Part shown: positions 62,703 through 64,000 of the stretch, piece by piece
Numbering within the stretch: the stretch's first letter is position 1
Layout of the letters: each line of letters opens with the position of its first letter
NCBI GenBank assembly: GCA_937907535.1
Contig: CALCID010000008.1
Coordinates: 15,393-79,392, forward strand
DNA length: 64,000 nucleotides
Reading direction: 5' to 3'
From: an uncultured bacterium
GTDB taxonomy: Bacteria; Gemmatimonadota; Gemmatimonadetes; Longimicrobiales; RSA9
The notes under the pieces: model-generated
What the model saw: only the letters and a program-made list of their open reading frames with translations
Databases searched by the model: none
What the model was told of the DNA's origin: nothing
Translations under genes and position numbers: made by a program

Positions 62703-64000
62703 GGCCACCTCCCCGGTAGAACGACCTCGGGGACCAGGGTTCGGACGATCGCCCGCTCCTCGGCCGTCATCGGAAGGTCCGGATGCGCGAGGAGGTACGC
62801 GCGCAGGTCGCCCACATCGTACGTCCCGTTCCGGTTCCCTTGCCGGTCCAGATACTCCCGCGCAACGGCGTCCGGGCCGCTCGCCGTGCCCAGGAGCGGC
62901 GCGAGCAACACATCCAGCCCGAGCGCCGGCCGCAGCACCTCGAGCGGGAGGTCCAGCGTGGCGGTCAGCCCCGCCGCGTCGCGTACCCGCAGCGAGACCG
63001 GGAACGTGCCGGTTTCGAGCGCGGCCCCCACGATCCTCCCATCGTTCCGGAGCTGGAGCCCCGCGGGGAGTGCGCCGGAAACCAGCGTCCAGGCGAGCGG
63101 CGGCGTGCCGTTCACGGCGCGCAACTCGATCACCACCGAGTCCGCCGCCCGGATCTGCGCCGCGCCCGGCGACTCGGCCGCGAACGTCTGACGGAATACC
63201 GCCGTCAGCGACATGGCCGTGTCCAGGGTGAGGCGCACAGGGTTCGCGCCGCCTTCGACCACGCCCTCCCACCGCTCGAACCCGAAGCCCGTGTTCGCCG
63301 TGGCCGTGACTTCCACGGCCGCGCCCGGCGCGTACCAGCCGCAATCCACGCCCTCGGGGGCGGCCGTGACCCGGCCGGGCACGCCCGCCGTGGCCGGGCC
63401 GCGGACCGCCGTGCTCAACCGGTACTGCTTCTCGTATCGAACCGTGAGCGCCGTGTCCCCGAATCCCATCGTGAACACCCGTTCCCGCGGCGCGCCATCG
63501 CTCCAGCCGGCGGCGCCGACCCGCGTGCCGGGGCCCGTGAGCCGCCCCGGATCGGCCGCCAGCGTGCGCCGTTCGAACGGCGCCCACGGCAGCTCGATCG
63601 GCGCCGTCACGGACCGCCGCCCGTCGATGGTGATGCGGGCGCTCTCCACCCCCTCCACCCCGATGGCAACGGTGCCGAACCGCGTGCTCAGCTCGAAGCG
63701 GCTCTCCCCGGACGCGAACTCGATCTCCCGCAGCGTGAGCCCCGACGCCCAGCCCTGGTGCGTCAGCGATCCCGGCGTGCTCCCTGCGTGGAACTCCCGG
63801 TTCCCCCGGCTCCCGGGGAACGGGTCCCCCGCATCGCCGCGGTTGCTCCCGGCCTGATCCTCGTTCCGTCGGAGGTTGCCCTGCCCGTCCGCCTCGACCA
63901 GCGCCACCCCGTACCGGGCCGGGTTCGCGTTCACCCGGTTGAACGGCCAGCCCGCGTCCACCACGTCCTGGTCGATGTGCCAGACCAGCAGCCCTTCGCC
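62699..64000 (-). CDS. C-terminal part of a secreted M6 (InhA-like)-type metalloprotease-related protein (gene continues beyond the right edge)
   Basis: The frame stays open to the window edge: my translation of 63965-64000 gives GEGLLVWHIDQD. It contains NRGDAGDPFPGS, a He_PIG-like Ig unit (TLVSGALPAGLQLRNDGRIVGAALETGTFPVSLRVRDAAG), and a dockerin/EF-hand-like tail (LDRQGNRNGTYDVGDLRAYL). The catalytic domain is outside the window, so the family call is partial. Confidence 0.6.
   Translation of the reverse strand, partial: GEGLLVWHIDQDVVDAGWPFNRVNANPARYGVALVEADGQGNLRRNEDQAGSNRGDAGDPFPGSRGNREFHAGSTPGSLTHQGWASGLTLREIEFASGESRFELSTRFGTVAIGVEGVESARITIDGRRSVTAPIELPWAPFERRTLAADPGRLTGPGTRVGAAGWSDGAPRERVFTMGFGDTALTVRYEKQYRLSTAVRGPATAGVPGRVTAAPEGVDCGWYAPGAAVEVTATANTGFGFERWEGVVEGGANPVRLTLDTAMSLTAVFRQTFAAESPGAAQIRAADSVVIELRAVNGTPPLAWTLVSGALPAGLQLRNDGRIVGAALETGTFPVSLRVRDAAGLTATLDLPLEVLRPALGLDVLLAPLLGTASGPDAVAREYLDRQGNRNGTYDVGDLRAYLLAHPDLPMTAEERAIVRTLVPEVVLPGRWP

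Noticed and set aside
1-64000. Search for CRISPR arrays, tRNA/rRNA genes, IS elements, integrases, long direct or inverted repeats and toxin-antitoxin pairs
   Set aside because: I saw none by eye. Intergenic gaps were inspected individually. A tRNAscan, Rfam and repeat-finder run would be needed to exclude small elements formally.

Overview
Very GC-rich bacterial chromosomal window (about 70% GC judged by eye, not computed). I recognised no rRNA, tRNA, CRISPR array, transposase or integrase. High GC produces many long stop-free antisense ORFs in the track, and I treat these as artefacts. Positions 1-18.9 kb hold a large flagellar locus, almost entirely on the minus strand and tightly packed with many 1-, 4- or 8-nt start/stop overlaps. 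Its order is sigma-54 enhancer-binding response regulator, then a sigma-54-type promoter, then flgB-flgC-orf116-fliE-fliF-fliG-fliH-fliI-fliJ-ylxF/motE-like-fliK-like-flgD-flgE. After a hairpin and a second sigma-54-like promoter come fliL-fliM-fliN-fliO/fliP (one ORF)-fliQ-fliR-flhB, which runs off the left edge. An orphan flgL lies on the plus strand behind a sigma-28-type promoter. The remainder mixes housekeeping genes (trpS, ndh, queD, priA, corA, carB, an M24 peptidase, an HDAC-family enzyme, a PLP Cys/Met enzyme) with envelope and accessory modules. These include three TonB-dependent receptors with CarboxypepD_reg N-domains, each with different partners: PD40 plus NHL lipoproteins, an ECF sigma/anti-sigma pair, and a CxxC membrane protein plus an Ig-like lipoprotein. 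There are also two GAF/PAS histidine kinases, a lone GvpL/GvpF homologue, an HNH nuclease, and a protease/lipoprotein operon that runs off the right edge. The best candidate for something undescribed is the protein in the fliK slot (7139-8932). It combines a FliK-type C-terminal domain with an embedded CwlK/phage-endolysin-like M15 (LAS) peptidoglycan peptidase domain, which suggests a cell-wall hydrolase delivered as a flagellar type III substrate. Secondary candidates are the fliO-fliP fusion ORF, an unknown gene wedged between flgC and fliE, the TBDR-PD40-NHL operon, the GvpL/F-M24 pair, and an 860-bp C-skewed ORF-free spacer. All family calls come from reading motifs in the translations. 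No database search was run, so novelty is unverified. The lineage guess (Gemmatimonadota-like) is inference only.
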